Shown here in pieces: positions 9,002 to 22,825 of a DNA stretch of 62,378 bases. Under the pieces are notes generated by a model that worked only from the letters and a program-made list of their open reading frames with translations, was not told the DNA's origin and searched no databases. Source of the DNA: an uncultured Bacilli bacterium (GTDB taxonomy: Bacteria > Bacillota_I > Bacilli_A > RF39 > UBA660). Positions within the stretch are counted from its first letter, which is position 1. Every line of letters starts with the position of its first letter. The stretch lies in assembly GCA_944359085.1 (NCBI GenBank), contig CALVSQ010000001.1, positions 1-62,378 on the forward strand, read 5' to 3'. Made by a program: the position numbers and the translations under genes.

Positions 9002-10042
9002 ATGAAGTTAAGATGGGACAGAATTATAGCAGTATTTTTAGTTTTTGTTTTATTAATAGGGGTAGGAGTTTATTTTTTATTTTTTAACAAAGAAGAAGAA
9101 AAACAACTAGAAGAACCAGATAAACAAGAACCAGTAGTAGAAAAAAAATTACAAATTTTAGATTTGGAATCTGATACTAGACCAATTGCAGTTATGATAA
9201 ATAATCATAAGACTGCGCAACCATATCAAACAGGACTAAATGATGCTTATTTAGTTTATGAAATTGTTGTTGAAGGCGGTATTACTAGAATGATGGCAGT
9301 ATTTAAAGATCAAGATACTGCAACAATTGGTACAGTAAGAAGTTCTAGACATTATTTTCTAGATTATGTTCAAGAAAATGATGCTATATATACACATTTT
9401 GGATGGAGTGAAAAAGCTCAACAAGATATAAATGACTTAAATATTGATAATGTAAATGGATTAGTTGATAGTGGTTTTTGGCGTGATCAAGAATTAAGAA
9501 ATAATGGAGTTCCACTTGAACATACTGCTTATACCAATATAGAAAATATTTTAGAAGTAGCAGATAAAAGAGGATATGAAACAACTTCAACTAAAGACAC
9601 ATTATTAAATTATAGTGTTGATGAAATAGATTTATCAACAATGGAAGGTGCCATTAAAGCTGATAATGTATTTATTGAATATTCTAGTTATCAAGAAAAT
9701 ACATTCAAATATGATCCAGTTAATAAAGTATATAACAAATATAGTGGAGATACTTTAAGAAAAGATTATGTAACAGGTGAAGCTTTTAAGGCAAAAAATA
9801 TTATTACATACCAAGTAAATAATTATAGTATGGATAGTTATGGAAGACAAGAAATAGATAATATTGGTAGTGGTGAAGGATATTTCATATCAAATGGTTA
9901 CGCAGTGCCAATTACTTGGGAAAAGGAAAGTCCATCTAGTCAAACAATTTATAAATTTTTAGATGGAAAAGAAATAACTGTTAATGATGGAATTACCTAT
10001 ATTCAAATTCAACCAAAAAATAAAACTTTAGAAATTGAATAA
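9002..10042 (+). CDS. DUF3048 (YerB-like) membrane-anchored protein
   Basis: N-terminal TM, then RPIAVMINNHKTAQPYQTGLNDAYLVYEIVVEGGITRMMAVF, characteristic of DUF3048. Confidence 0.8.
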   Translation: MKLRWDRIIAVFLVFVLLIGVGVYFLFFNKEEEKQLEEPDKQEPVVEKKLQILDLESDTRPIAVMINNHKTAQPYQTGLNDAYLVYEIVVEGGITRMMAVFKDQDTATIGTVRSSRHYFLDYVQENDAIYTHFGWSEKAQQDINDLNIDNVNGLVDSGFWRDQELRNNGVPLEHTAYTNIENILEVADKRGYETTSTKDTLLNYSVDEIDLSTMEGAIKADNVFIEYSSYQENTFKYDPVNKVYNKYSGDTLRKDYVTGEAFKAKNIITYQVNNYSMDSYGRQEIDNIGSGEGYFISNGYAVPITWEKESPSSQTIYKFLDGKEITVNDGITYIQIQPKNKTLEIE

Positions 10043-10109
10043 TTTTTAGACAAAAGTTATTCTTTTTTTTATCTAACTATGATATAATGTTATAGTTCGG
10101 GGTGAAAAA

Positions 10110-10601
10110 ATGATACTAGATGAAGAGTATATATCTATAGTTAAACATATATTAAATAATGAAGAATTTTTAAAATTAAAAAATTATGAGCATCATGGAA
10201 TAACACGATTTGATCATTCTTTAAAAGTTTCTTATCAAGCTTACAAATTTGCTAAAAAGCATAATTTAGATTATAAATCAGTTGCTATTGGAGGATTATT
10301 ACATGATTTCTTTCATTCTTCTAATGTTAGTTTAAAAGAAAAATTTATTTCAACTTTTAATCATCCTTTAAAAGCAGAAGTAAATGCTTTAGAAAAATTC
10401 AATGTTAATACCAAAGAAGCTGATATTATAAGAAGCCATATGTTTCCTTTAAATTTAGTTTTACCTAAATATAAAGAAAGTTGGTTAGTAAGTTTATATG
10501 ATAAGAAAGTAGCATTATTAGAATTTAGTTATAAATTAGGTTATAAGTTAAGATATGCATCTAATTTAACTATATTATTGTTATTTAATTTTATAAAATA
10601 G
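10110..10601 (+). CDS. HD-domain phosphohydrolase
   Basis: H...HD pattern: HHGITRFDHSLKV ... GGLLHDFFH. Confidence 0.75.
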   Translation: MILDEEYISIVKHILNNEEFLKLKNYEHHGITRFDHSLKVSYQAYKFAKKHNLDYKSVAIGGLLHDFFHSSNVSLKEKFISTFNHPLKAEVNALEKFNVNTKEADIIRSHMFPLNLVLPKYKESWLVSLYDKKVALLEFSYKLGYKLRYASNLTILLLFNFIK

Positions 10602-10659
10602 ATAGATTTCTATCTTTTTTAATTGTTTTAAATAAAAAAATATATTATAATATTGTTAT

Positions 10660-10736
10660 GTCCTCGTAGCTCAGTAGGATAGAGCGATAGCCTCCTAAGC
10701 TGTAGGTCGTTGGTTCGATTCCAATCGAGGACGCCA
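10660..10736 (+). tRNA. tRNA-Arg(CCT), CCA encoded
   Basis: Hand-folded: acceptor GTCCTCG/CGAGGAC, anticodon loop CTCCTAA, T-arm GTTGG-TTCGATT-CCAAT. Confidence 0.9.
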
Positions 10737-10793
10737 TAAAAAAATTACTTGCTTAAGCAAGTTTTTTATTATATAATTATAAAGGTGTTAGTT

Positions 10794-12053
10794 ATGATAA
10801 AATTAGAAAAAATTATATATAAATTTATTATGCTATTAATGATATTAATTCCTTCATTTAAATTAATATCATATATTTTATATTTAAGCGGTATAATTGA
10901 AAATTCGTATGATTTTAATCATGTTTATGTTTTATGGTTTTCATTACCAATTTTAATTATTTTATATTTAGTTAATCTAATTTATAAAAAAATAACTTAT
11001 GTTGATATTATAATTTATTTTTTAATTATATTAGCAATTATTTCAACTATTTTTGCACAAGATGTAAAAATATCGATATTTGGAGAATTAAATAGAAACG
11101 AAGGATTACTTACACTTTTAAATTATTATTTTTTATTTTTAAATGTAAAAAATATAAATGAAAAAAAATATAAAGAAAAAATAATTAATTTATTTATAAT
11201 ATTAGGCATATTTCAAGTTATATATTCTATATTACAAGTATATACTGATTTCAATTTTATAAAACATTTTTCAAAATCTCATATGGCTATGGGGCTATGT
11301 GGTAATCCAAATTTTTTAGGTAGCTATATGGTTATGTTAGTTTTAATAACTAGTGCCTTATATTTGTTAAAAAATAAAAATATATATTTAATATTATCAT
11401 GCTTATTTGTTTTAGGTTTATATCTAGCAAATTCAACCGGTCCATTTATAGGATTTATTCTTGCTTTAATATTTTTAATAATATTTAAATATAAAAAAAT
11501 CAAATTGATAAATTTATTTAAACTTATTATTTTATTTATACTAATATTTTTTATTAATGATTATTTAGTAAATAAAAAATATATAGAAGTTAGTACTGAT
11601 TATAGAAATTACAATATCAAATATGATATTGTAGATACAACAACTAACATAAAAGAAAATAATAAAGAATATAATTATGGTAGCAGTAGATTTAAATTAT
11701 GGAAAAATTTAGTACCAATAGCTAAAGAGTATTATTTATTTGGAGCAGGATTAGATAATTTAAAAGTTGTTTATCCTAAAGATAATGGACTAGTGTATGA
11801 TAAAGCACATAATGTTTACTATCAAATACTAATAACAAATGGTATATTTGCTTTATCTTTATATTGTATGTTATGCCTAATTATATTTATTAAAGGATTT
11901 AAATTAAAAGATACCTTTTATATTGCTTTATATATTTCGTTTATAGGATATTGTATTCAAGCATTTGGAAATATAAGTGTAATTGATGTAGCTCCTTATT
12001 TCTTTGTAATATTAGGGTTATTATATTCCAAAGATAATGAAATTGTGATATAA
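10794..12053 (+). CDS. O-antigen ligase/polymerase-like (Wzy_C-type) membrane protein
   Basis: About 10 TM helices; periplasmic-loop region with GNPNFLGSY and HNVYYQILITNG resembles the Wzy_C/O-antigen ligase family. Confidence 0.6.
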   Translation: MIKLEKIIYKFIMLLMILIPSFKLISYILYLSGIIENSYDFNHVYVLWFSLPILIILYLVNLIYKKITYVDIIIYFLIILAIISTIFAQDVKISIFGELNRNEGLLTLLNYYFLFLNVKNINEKKYKEKIINLFIILGIFQVIYSILQVYTDFNFIKHFSKSHMAMGLCGNPNFLGSYMVMLVLITSALYLLKNKNIYLILSCLFVLGLYLANSTGPFIGFILALIFLIIFKYKKIKLINLFKLIILFILIFFINDYLVNKKYIEVSTDYRNYNIKYDIVDTTTNIKENNKEYNYGSSRFKLWKNLVPIAKEYYLFGAGLDNLKVVYPKDNGLVYDKAHNVYYQILITNGIFALSLYCMLCLIIFIKGFKLKDTFYIALYISFIGYCIQAFGNISVIDVAPYFFVILGLLYSKDNEIVI

Positions 12054-12062
12054 TTTCATTAT

Positions 12063-12136
12063 GCCGATATAGTTTAGTGGTAAAACAGGTCCTTGGTAAG
12101 GATCAGCGGACAGTTCAATTCTGTCTTTCGGCACCA
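12063..12136 (+). tRNA. tRNA-Thr(GGT), CCA encoded
   Basis: Hand-folded: acceptor GCCGATA/TTTCGGC (one mismatch), anticodon stem GGTCC/GGATC, loop TTGGTAA, T-arm GACAG-TTCAATT-CTGTC. Confidence 0.9.
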
Positions 12137-12228
12137 TAGGGAAATTAGTCGAACTAATCGACTTTAAATATATGAAAGGTTAATTTCGGTTAACCTTTTT
12201 TTGTTTGCTCGAAAGGAGTTGATTAGTT

Positions 12229-12507
12229 ATGCAAATAACAAAGGAAAAGTTAAATATTGACGAAACTTTAAATAAAAAAATTAATAATCTACTTAAGTTT
12301 ACTAGTATTAAGTCAAAGCTTATAAATGGAAATATTATTCATATTTCAAAAACTAATCTTGCTTATATTGAACCGCATAAATTAATTATTAATGAAATAA
12401 CATATTTATTCTTTAATAATTGTGAAAATGTTTATATTAATACTCTTGAACAATCTATATCTTTAAATGAATTGGAAAGACATATTAAAGCAAATAAAAT
12501 AAATTAA
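12229..12507 (+). CDS. small conserved protein, paralog of 16946..17212 (function unknown, recombinase-associated)
   Basis: Gapless alignment with the 88-aa ORF at 16946 gives about 30 identities in 82 positions (NLAYIEPH / NIAYVSPH, YLFFN / YLIFN, HIK). Same position upstream of a serine recombinase. Confidence 0.6.
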   Translation: MQITKEKLNIDETLNKKINNLLKFTSIKSKLINGNIIHISKTNLAYIEPHKLIINEITYLFFNNCENVYINTLEQSISLNELERHIKANKIN

Positions 12508-12642
12508 TATATTTTAAAAACACTTTTAAAATACTATTTAGTTTACTTTTGAAATACTAAATTCACACTATTTAGTTTATTGCAAAAATACTGTCAAGTT
12601 CTATAATATTATAAAATACCTAAATTATGAAAGGAGTTATGA

Positions 12643-14442
<1,800 letters not shown>

Positions 14443-14803
14443 TGTACACAAATATTAAATTTTTTTATAAAATAATGTACATTAAAATCAAAAAAATAAA
14501 ATTTAAATTTGAAAAACGATGTACATTTGGAGGTATTTTTACTATCAAAATTAATCTAATTTGTTATACTTTTGTCTGACAAATAGCCTTTTTTAGGCAT
14601 TTTTATTAAAAATATAGTATGACATACGTCAGACAATAATAAAAATGTCAGACAATAGAAAAGACTACAAACCCTTATAAATAGGGCTAACTCCCCACTG
14701 GGGAGTTGTTTTGTCAGACACACTTATCCTGTTTTTTTGGGTTCCTTAAGTATGTACATAAATTTTAAGAAAAGTTAAAAAATCGTGTACACAAAAATGT
14801 ACA
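14443..14803. repeat. non-coding motif array: 3x TGTACA, 4x TGTC(A/T)GACA, 3x TGTACA
   Basis: TGTACA at 14443, 14476, 14520, 14753, 14786, 14798. TGTCNGACA at 14573, 14627 (CGTCAGACA), 14646, 14712. GC-rich hairpin AACTCCCC-act-GGGGAGTT at 14689-14707. Confidence 0.85.
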
Positions 14804-14908
14804 CTGAAAATTACAAAAAATAATAAATAACATAAAAATTCCTCCCATATAAAAAGATTATCTTAATTCGATAATCATATAATTTAGTTTTATAAATTGC
14901 AATTTGTA

Positions 14909-15502
14909 TTACTTATTTCTTTTTATAAAAACTTCTTTTTTCAAAAATATTATATATAATATAAAACATATTAAATCAGTAATTGCTGAAAATAATTTTG
15001 TATGATTTATGAAAACACTATAAAATAATAAAATAGTTTCAAAAAAAATAAATATAACAGGTAAAACACATAAGATTTTACCATAAATATTATTTTTTCT
15101 ACCACTCCACAATATTGCACCTAAAATACCACATATAATAGCAGGAAATATACTATATAAAAGCCAACCATATAAGCTATTTAATGATAAATCAATCAAT
15201 GAATTAAAAGGCGTATATTCATTAAAATGTAAGTGAAAGGATTTATATATCGTTGTAATTAAAAACATTACAAAAATATAAATCGTAGAATTTATAGTAG
15301 CGGTTTTTCTTTTTTCACTTAATAATACAATTAGTGAAGTGCTAAACATCCAGAATCCAAAAGTTTTTGAACTCCAATAAGAAAATGCCCACAATTCATT
15401 ATCAGGAAATTCGCAAAAAAGTACTACCGATAATCCTGCCATTATACTTAATAAAAAGAGCATTAAATAAGATTTAATATTATCCCTAAATATAATTTTC
15501 AT
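14909..15502 (-). CDS. hypothetical polytopic membrane protein
   Basis: 197 aa with about 6 hydrophobic helices. No recognisable motif. Confidence 0.55.
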   Translation of the reverse strand: MKIIFRDNIKSYLMLFLLSIMAGLSVVLFCEFPDNELWAFSYWSSKTFGFWMFSTSLIVLLSEKRKTATINSTIYIFVMFLITTIYKSFHLHFNEYTPFNSLIDLSLNSLYGWLLYSIFPAIICGILGAILWSGRKNNIYGKILCVLPVIFIFFETILLFYSVFINHTKLFSAITDLICFILYIIFLKKEVFIKRNK

Positions 15503-15566
15503 ATTTTCTCACTTTCAACAAATACTATTTGATAATTATCCATATTATACTTTATTTAAAAATATT

Positions 15567-16061
15567 TTACTTTGTCTCTTTAATATAACTAATGTTATAA
15601 TCATCTAAATCACTTATTTTTATAGTATTATTTTTTAGAGCATTACTGATTGTTTCCTCATATCCATTTTCATATTTGACAATCATATATTCATTTTTAA
15701 TACAACTCCAATAATAAACATAATTATCATCTTCGTAAAAGCTTTCTAAAGCCTCAGCACAATGAAAATCTTTTATATCTTTTGTTTTATCAACAATTTC
15801 TTTAATTTTTAAATCATCATATTCGACAATTTGACAAGTATATTTTGCGTTTTTAAATAAAGTTTTTTCTTCCTTATTAACACAATGATAATGATTAACA
15901 AATAACCCCTTATCTATATAGTTAGTACTACTACCATCATAATATTCTCTAATCTTAAATATAGGACTATTATCAAACAGCAATGCTTGTAAAGTATCAA
16001 GAACTATTATTCCTAATGCTACTCCTAAAATAATAAAAGTAATTTTTAAACCTTTTTTCAT
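15567..16061 (-). CDS. hypothetical membrane-anchored protein
   Basis: Single N-terminal TM then a Cys-containing soluble domain. ATG 16061 follows GGAGG; the track's TTG 16073 is inside the RBS. Confidence 0.55.
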   Translation of the reverse strand: MKKGLKITFIILGVALGIIVLDTLQALLFDNSPIFKIREYYDGSSTNYIDKGLFVNHYHCVNKEEKTLFKNAKYTCQIVEYDDLKIKEIVDKTKDIKDFHCAEALESFYEDDNYVYYWSCIKNEYMIVKYENGYEETISNALKNNTIKISDLDDYNISYIKETK

Positions 16062-16073
16062 ATATTCCTCCAA

Positions 16074-16607
16074 CTAATTCCTTTCACAATCTATTAAATA
16101 TTGTTTTTTTATCTCCTTATTTATTAAAGTTAAAGTAATTAACGATAACATCATTTCTATTATTACAATTTCCATCTGTATGCCATTGATAATAATTGCA
16201 TCATATATTATCAAAATCATTGAAGCAATTATATAAAGATTTCTAATTAATTTTGTATGCCTTTTATTAAAAATAATATTACCCAATATTATTGAACACA
16301 TAAGCATTATAATCCAAAATATAATTATTTTTATATAAATATATTTAACAATTAATGCTGAAAACAAATAGTATGATATTAGCATTGATGTCATAAATGA
16401 AAAGTACAAAATATTAAATTCTTTTCTAGTTTCTGATTTTACTAATAACAATATTCCTATTACTAACCATAACACTATACCAGAAGATATTAATCCAAAA
16501 TAATGAAGAAAATTCATTCCTGCGATTACATCTCCCCATTTAGATAATACTCCAATTACAGCACCAATAATGATTAAAAAGATAATTTTTATAATTTGTT
16601 TTTTCAT
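16074..16607 (-). CDS. hypothetical polytopic membrane protein
   Basis: About 5 TM helices. ATG follows AGAGGTG. Abuts the downstream gene. Confidence 0.55.
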   Translation of the reverse strand: MKKQIIKIIFLIIIGAVIGVLSKWGDVIAGMNFLHYFGLISSGIVLWLVIGILLLVKSETRKEFNILYFSFMTSMLISYYLFSALIVKYIYIKIIIFWIIMLMCSIILGNIIFNKRHTKLIRNLYIIASMILIIYDAIIINGIQMEIVIIEMMLSLITLTLINKEIKKQYLIDCERN

Positions 16608-16783
16608 TGTATACACCTCTACAAATTACCGTTTGTAGTTTCATTGATATACATAATTATATCATATAAAAGATTACTTTAATTTATATTTTTTTTGCTT
16701 TCTTTGATAAATCAAAAATTTTTTAAAAATAATTTTAATATTTTGTAGCATATTCAAAAATTTATACGCATTATCATAAAATA

Positions 16784-16916
16784 TGGTATACTAGTATTAG
16801 AAATTGACCTCAATTGCGATTTCCAAACGTGGTTATCTCACGCACCAGATTGATAGAAAACTCGAACTTTTCGAGTAGTAATAAATATTAACTAGAAGTA
16901 CCGTCTAGTTTTTTTT
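16784..16916 (+). promoter_or_regulatory. extended -10 promoter plus ~110-nt structured leader ending in an intrinsic terminator
   Basis: TGgTATACT at 16784-16792. Hairpin CTCGAA/TTCGAG at 16861-16875. Terminator AACTAGA-N7-TCTAGTT plus T8 at 16890-16916, directly upstream of the small ORF at 16946. Confidence 0.35.
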
Positions 16917-16945
16917 GTTATTATGAGGAAAGTGAGGAGTTTTTA

Positions 16946-20395
<3,450 letters not shown>

Positions 20396-20476
20396 TCTTT
20401 GTTTATACTAAATTTTTGATAATTTAGAAAACACACTTGCACATTGACAACATCAATGAGCATGTTTAGATAATTG

Positions 20477-20965
20477 TTATCTTTTAATAGGGTTTGAATT
20501 GCTACTTTCTATTTTATCTAAAAAATCTATATTATCAAGTAGAATGTTTCTTTTTAATATCTCTGACATACCATCTATAGTTGCAACAAATCCATTGTTG
20601 ATAATTCCTTGCTGATATTCCTCACTACAAAAAAAATTTAATATATCATCACCAGTTAAATCTTCTTTATTACAAGAACTAGCAACAGCATTAAACCAAA
20701 TTTCTAACTTTCTTCGATTTTCAGAAATTTTAAGATGTCTATCAAGTGGAGTTGCATTCGGTTTTACATTTTCTCCTAGAGCAGTTTCAAGTCGATTATC
20801 AAAATTTCTAATAATAAATTCAAGAATTGATGAAAAATAACTATCATCATATCCTTTATTTTGGTTATAAAATCTTCTTCTATTAACTTCCTCTATCAAT
20901 TCTTTTTTTCCATCAATAGATAAAGAATAGTAGTCCCCCTTGATTTCCCCTAATATTTTAGTCAT
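20477..20965 (-). CDS. hypothetical protein
   Basis: 162-aa ORF with a GGAGGAAAAC RBS. No recognisable motif. Confidence 0.5.
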   Translation of the reverse strand: MTKILGEIKGDYYSLSIDGKKELIEEVNRRRFYNQNKGYDDSYFSSILEFIIRNFDNRLETALGENVKPNATPLDRHLKISENRRKLEIWFNAVASSCNKEDLTGDDILNFFCSEEYQQGIINNGFVATIDGMSEILKRNILLDNIDFLDKIESSNSNPIKR

Positions 20966-21033
20966 AAGTTTTCCTCCTTCTTATTGATTATACCACATTT
21001 TTGTGATTTTTTTTGTGTTTTTTCTATATTTTA

Positions 21034-21178
21034 TGTTATACTATAATTAGTTAATAGTTATTACTAATCATTTCTTTCGTTCTGAAAGTTGTTGTACTTC
21101 TTCCATAAGGGCACCATTTAAAATGATAGGTTGTAATCAGCCTTTTATAAAAAATTGCATATTTATGCAATTTTTTTA
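21034..21178 (+). promoter_or_regulatory. extended -10 promoter plus leader with terminator-like hairpin upstream of the endonuclease-like gene
   Basis: TGtTATACT at 21034-21042. Perfect hairpin AATTGCATA-tt-TATGCAATT at 21153-21172 followed by T7. Confidence 0.35.
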
Positions 21179-21236
21179 ATAATTAAAAGGAAATCATAAA
21201 GTTTTGTCTAATATAACTAATAGGAGGTGATTTAAT

Positions 21237-22028
21237 ATGGATGGATATTTAAATGAACAATATTTTGTTAACTATTTAAACGGCAAAAAAATAAAAGATT
21301 TAAATATAATGTATCTAGATTTAATAGAAAATATTTTTCCAAATATAAACAATGAAGATAAAATTAAAGTTTGGAAAAATCCATTTTCTCAAAAAACTGA
21401 CATATTTATAAAAATAAATAATATTAAGAAAAGAATAAGTATAAAGTCAGGAATAAAAAATTCAGTTCACGTTGAGCCAATTTCAGAATTTATTCATTTT
21501 TTGATTGAAAATAATATTGAAAAAAAATATATAATAAGTTACTTAAAATATCATTATGCTGATGGAACAACTAATGGTAGTGGCATTAAAAGAGTTTCTA
21601 TAAGTGAATATAAAAAAACAAATCAAGAAGAGATAGATTTATTAAATAAAAGGCTAAATAACAATAATTTAATAAGCAAAGCAATTGAAAGATTTGTTTT
21701 AAGAGGTAATAATGACATATATGAAATTGATGCGTTAATATATGGAGTCTCTAACGATTTTATTTTTATAACAAAAAAAGAAATAAAGGAGATAATAAAC
21801 AAAAAAATTAATTTATATTCAACAGGAATTCATTTTGGCCCATTATCTTGTCAACCAATGAATAGATGTTTGAATTACAATCCTAAATATGAAAAAAATA
21901 GATTTTGTGTCCAAATTAAATGGTATAGTTTATTTGATGATATATTAGAGCATAAAAATGATTTGTTAATAAAAAAATGTCAGAACTCTAATCCTTCCGC
22001 TAAGAACGTGGCACAAAAAAACTTGTGA
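21237..22028 (+). CDS. type II restriction endonuclease-like protein (MspI/HpaII-style core), no adjacent methyltransferase
   Basis: Pattern QKTDIFIKI...KRISIKSG (acidic residue, then Lys in beta strands) and a C-terminal GIHF...VQIKW block recalled from MspI-type enzymes. Assignment is from memory only. Confidence 0.4.
   Translation: MDGYLNEQYFVNYLNGKKIKDLNIMYLDLIENIFPNINNEDKIKVWKNPFSQKTDIFIKINNIKKRISIKSGIKNSVHVEPISEFIHFLIENNIEKKYIISYLKYHYADGTTNGSGIKRVSISEYKKTNQEEIDLLNKRLNNNNLISKAIERFVLRGNNDIYEIDALIYGVSNDFIFITKKEIKEIINKKINLYSTGIHFGPLSCQPMNRCLNYNPKYEKNRFCVQIKWYSLFDDILEHKNDLLIKKCQNSNPSAKNVAQKNL
21982..22011 (+). repeat. tRNA-Gly-derived fragment in inverted orientation, embedded in the CDS 3' end
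   Basis: AGAACTCTAATCCTTCCGCTAAGAACGTGG matches the sense strand of tRNA-Gly (complement of 22082-22112) at 28 positions, with one substitution and small indels. Confidence 0.7.
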
Positions 22029-22041
22029 ATAATCACAAGTT
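22020..22041 (+). terminator. hairpin terminator containing the stop codon of 21237..22028
   Basis: AACTTGTGA-ataa-TCACAAGTT, a perfect 9-bp stem. Confidence 0.5.
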
Positions 22042-22057
22042 ATTATTATACAAAATA

Positions 22058-22131
22058 TGGAGCGGGTGATGGGAATCGGACCCACGTTCTTAGCTTGGAA
22101 GGCTAGAGTTCTACCATTGAACTACACCCGC
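22058..22131 (-). tRNA. tRNA-Gly(TCC), CCA encoded
   Basis: The reverse complement folds with acceptor GCGGGTG/CACCCGC, anticodon loop CTTCCAA, T-arm GTGGG-TCCGATT-CCCAT. Confidence 0.9.
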
Positions 22132-22328
22132 AAATCAGTAGGCAATATAAATTTTACATGAAAATGATAAAAATGTCAACTACTTTTTGAAAAAAAATAA
22201 CAAAATTCGAATAATAAAAAAATTATCTATACAATATTATATTCAATTATAAAAAAATATTTATTAAATTTTTAGTAATAAACAATAACATAATTCATAT
22301 ATTTAAAGTGTAGAAAGGAATAAGATAT

Positions 22329-22589
22329 ATGGAAACATTAAAAGTAGGATCAAAATCAAATCCTAATTCAGTAGCTGGAGCACTAGCGAATGTATTTAGA
22401 GAAAAAGGAAGTTTAGAAATTCAAGCCATAGGAGCAGGAGCTTTAAACCAAGCCATTAAAGCAATAGCAATTGCAAGAGGATTTGTAGCACCATCTGGGA
22501 AAAACTTAGTATGTATTCCTGCATTTACTGATATAGTAATTGATGGTGAAGAAAGAACTGCAATTAAATTAATTGTTGAATCGCGATAG
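22329..22589 (+). CDS. spoVS: stage V sporulation protein S
   Basis: 86 aa: LKVGSKSNPNSVAGALANVFREKGSLEIQAIGAGALNQAIKAIAIARGF...GEERTAIKLIV, a full-length match to the SpoVS family. Confidence 0.9.
   Translation: METLKVGSKSNPNSVAGALANVFREKGSLEIQAIGAGALNQAIKAIAIARGFVAPSGKNLVCIPAFTDIVIDGEERTAIKLIVESR
22475..22589 (+). repeat. direct repeat copy 1 (spoVS 3' end)
   Basis: 115 nt, 106/115 identical by hand alignment to 26662..26776. Confidence 0.9.
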
Positions 22590-22613
22590 TTAATAATTTA
22601 ACTAATATACTAG

Positions 22614-22633
22614 ACACCAAATGGTGTTTTTTT
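22614..22633 (+). terminator. rho-independent terminator after spoVS
   Basis: ACACCA-aa-TGGTGT followed by T7. Confidence 0.6.
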
Positions 22634-22659
22634 AATTTTTAATAATTTTTGAAAAAGTG

Positions 22660-22688
22660 TTGATTTTTACTCACAAAGGTGATATATT
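22660..22688 (+). promoter_or_regulatory. candidate promoter of the cassette operon
   Basis: TTGATT, 17 nt, TATATT with an upstream TG (TGaTATATT). Confidence 0.4.
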
Positions 22689-22825
22689 TGTGTTGAAAAA
22701 TTGATAAGTTTTATAAGATTTTAACTTTAAAATTTTTATCATTTTTTATATTAACATTTATAGTTTAATTTATGAATATGTAATAATAAATAATTTAGAA
22801 TAAGAGTTTGGGTGTGAGTAACAAT

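Noticed and set aside
14475-14579. 34-codon ORF (MYIKIKKIKFKFEKRCTFGGIFTIKINLICYTFV) inside the motif array
   Set aside because: It has no RBS, and its start and interior are formed by the TGTACA motifs themselves, so it is more likely non-coding.
14443-14803. CRISPR array
   Set aside because: The repeated units are only 6-9 nt, irregularly spaced and of two kinds, and there are no cas genes. No other region of the window has CRISPR-like periodic repeats.
16798-16851. Degenerate tRNA or tRNA 3' half upstream of module B (and at 21043-21116), suggested by GCACCA at 16842 and 21111 echoing the GCACCA end of tRNA-Thr at 12131
   Set aside because: I could not fold a T-arm or acceptor stem for either sequence. 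Similarity to tRNA-Thr is limited to the hexamer, which also occurs elsewhere, including inside spoVS. It is kept only as a weak hint for att-core positions.
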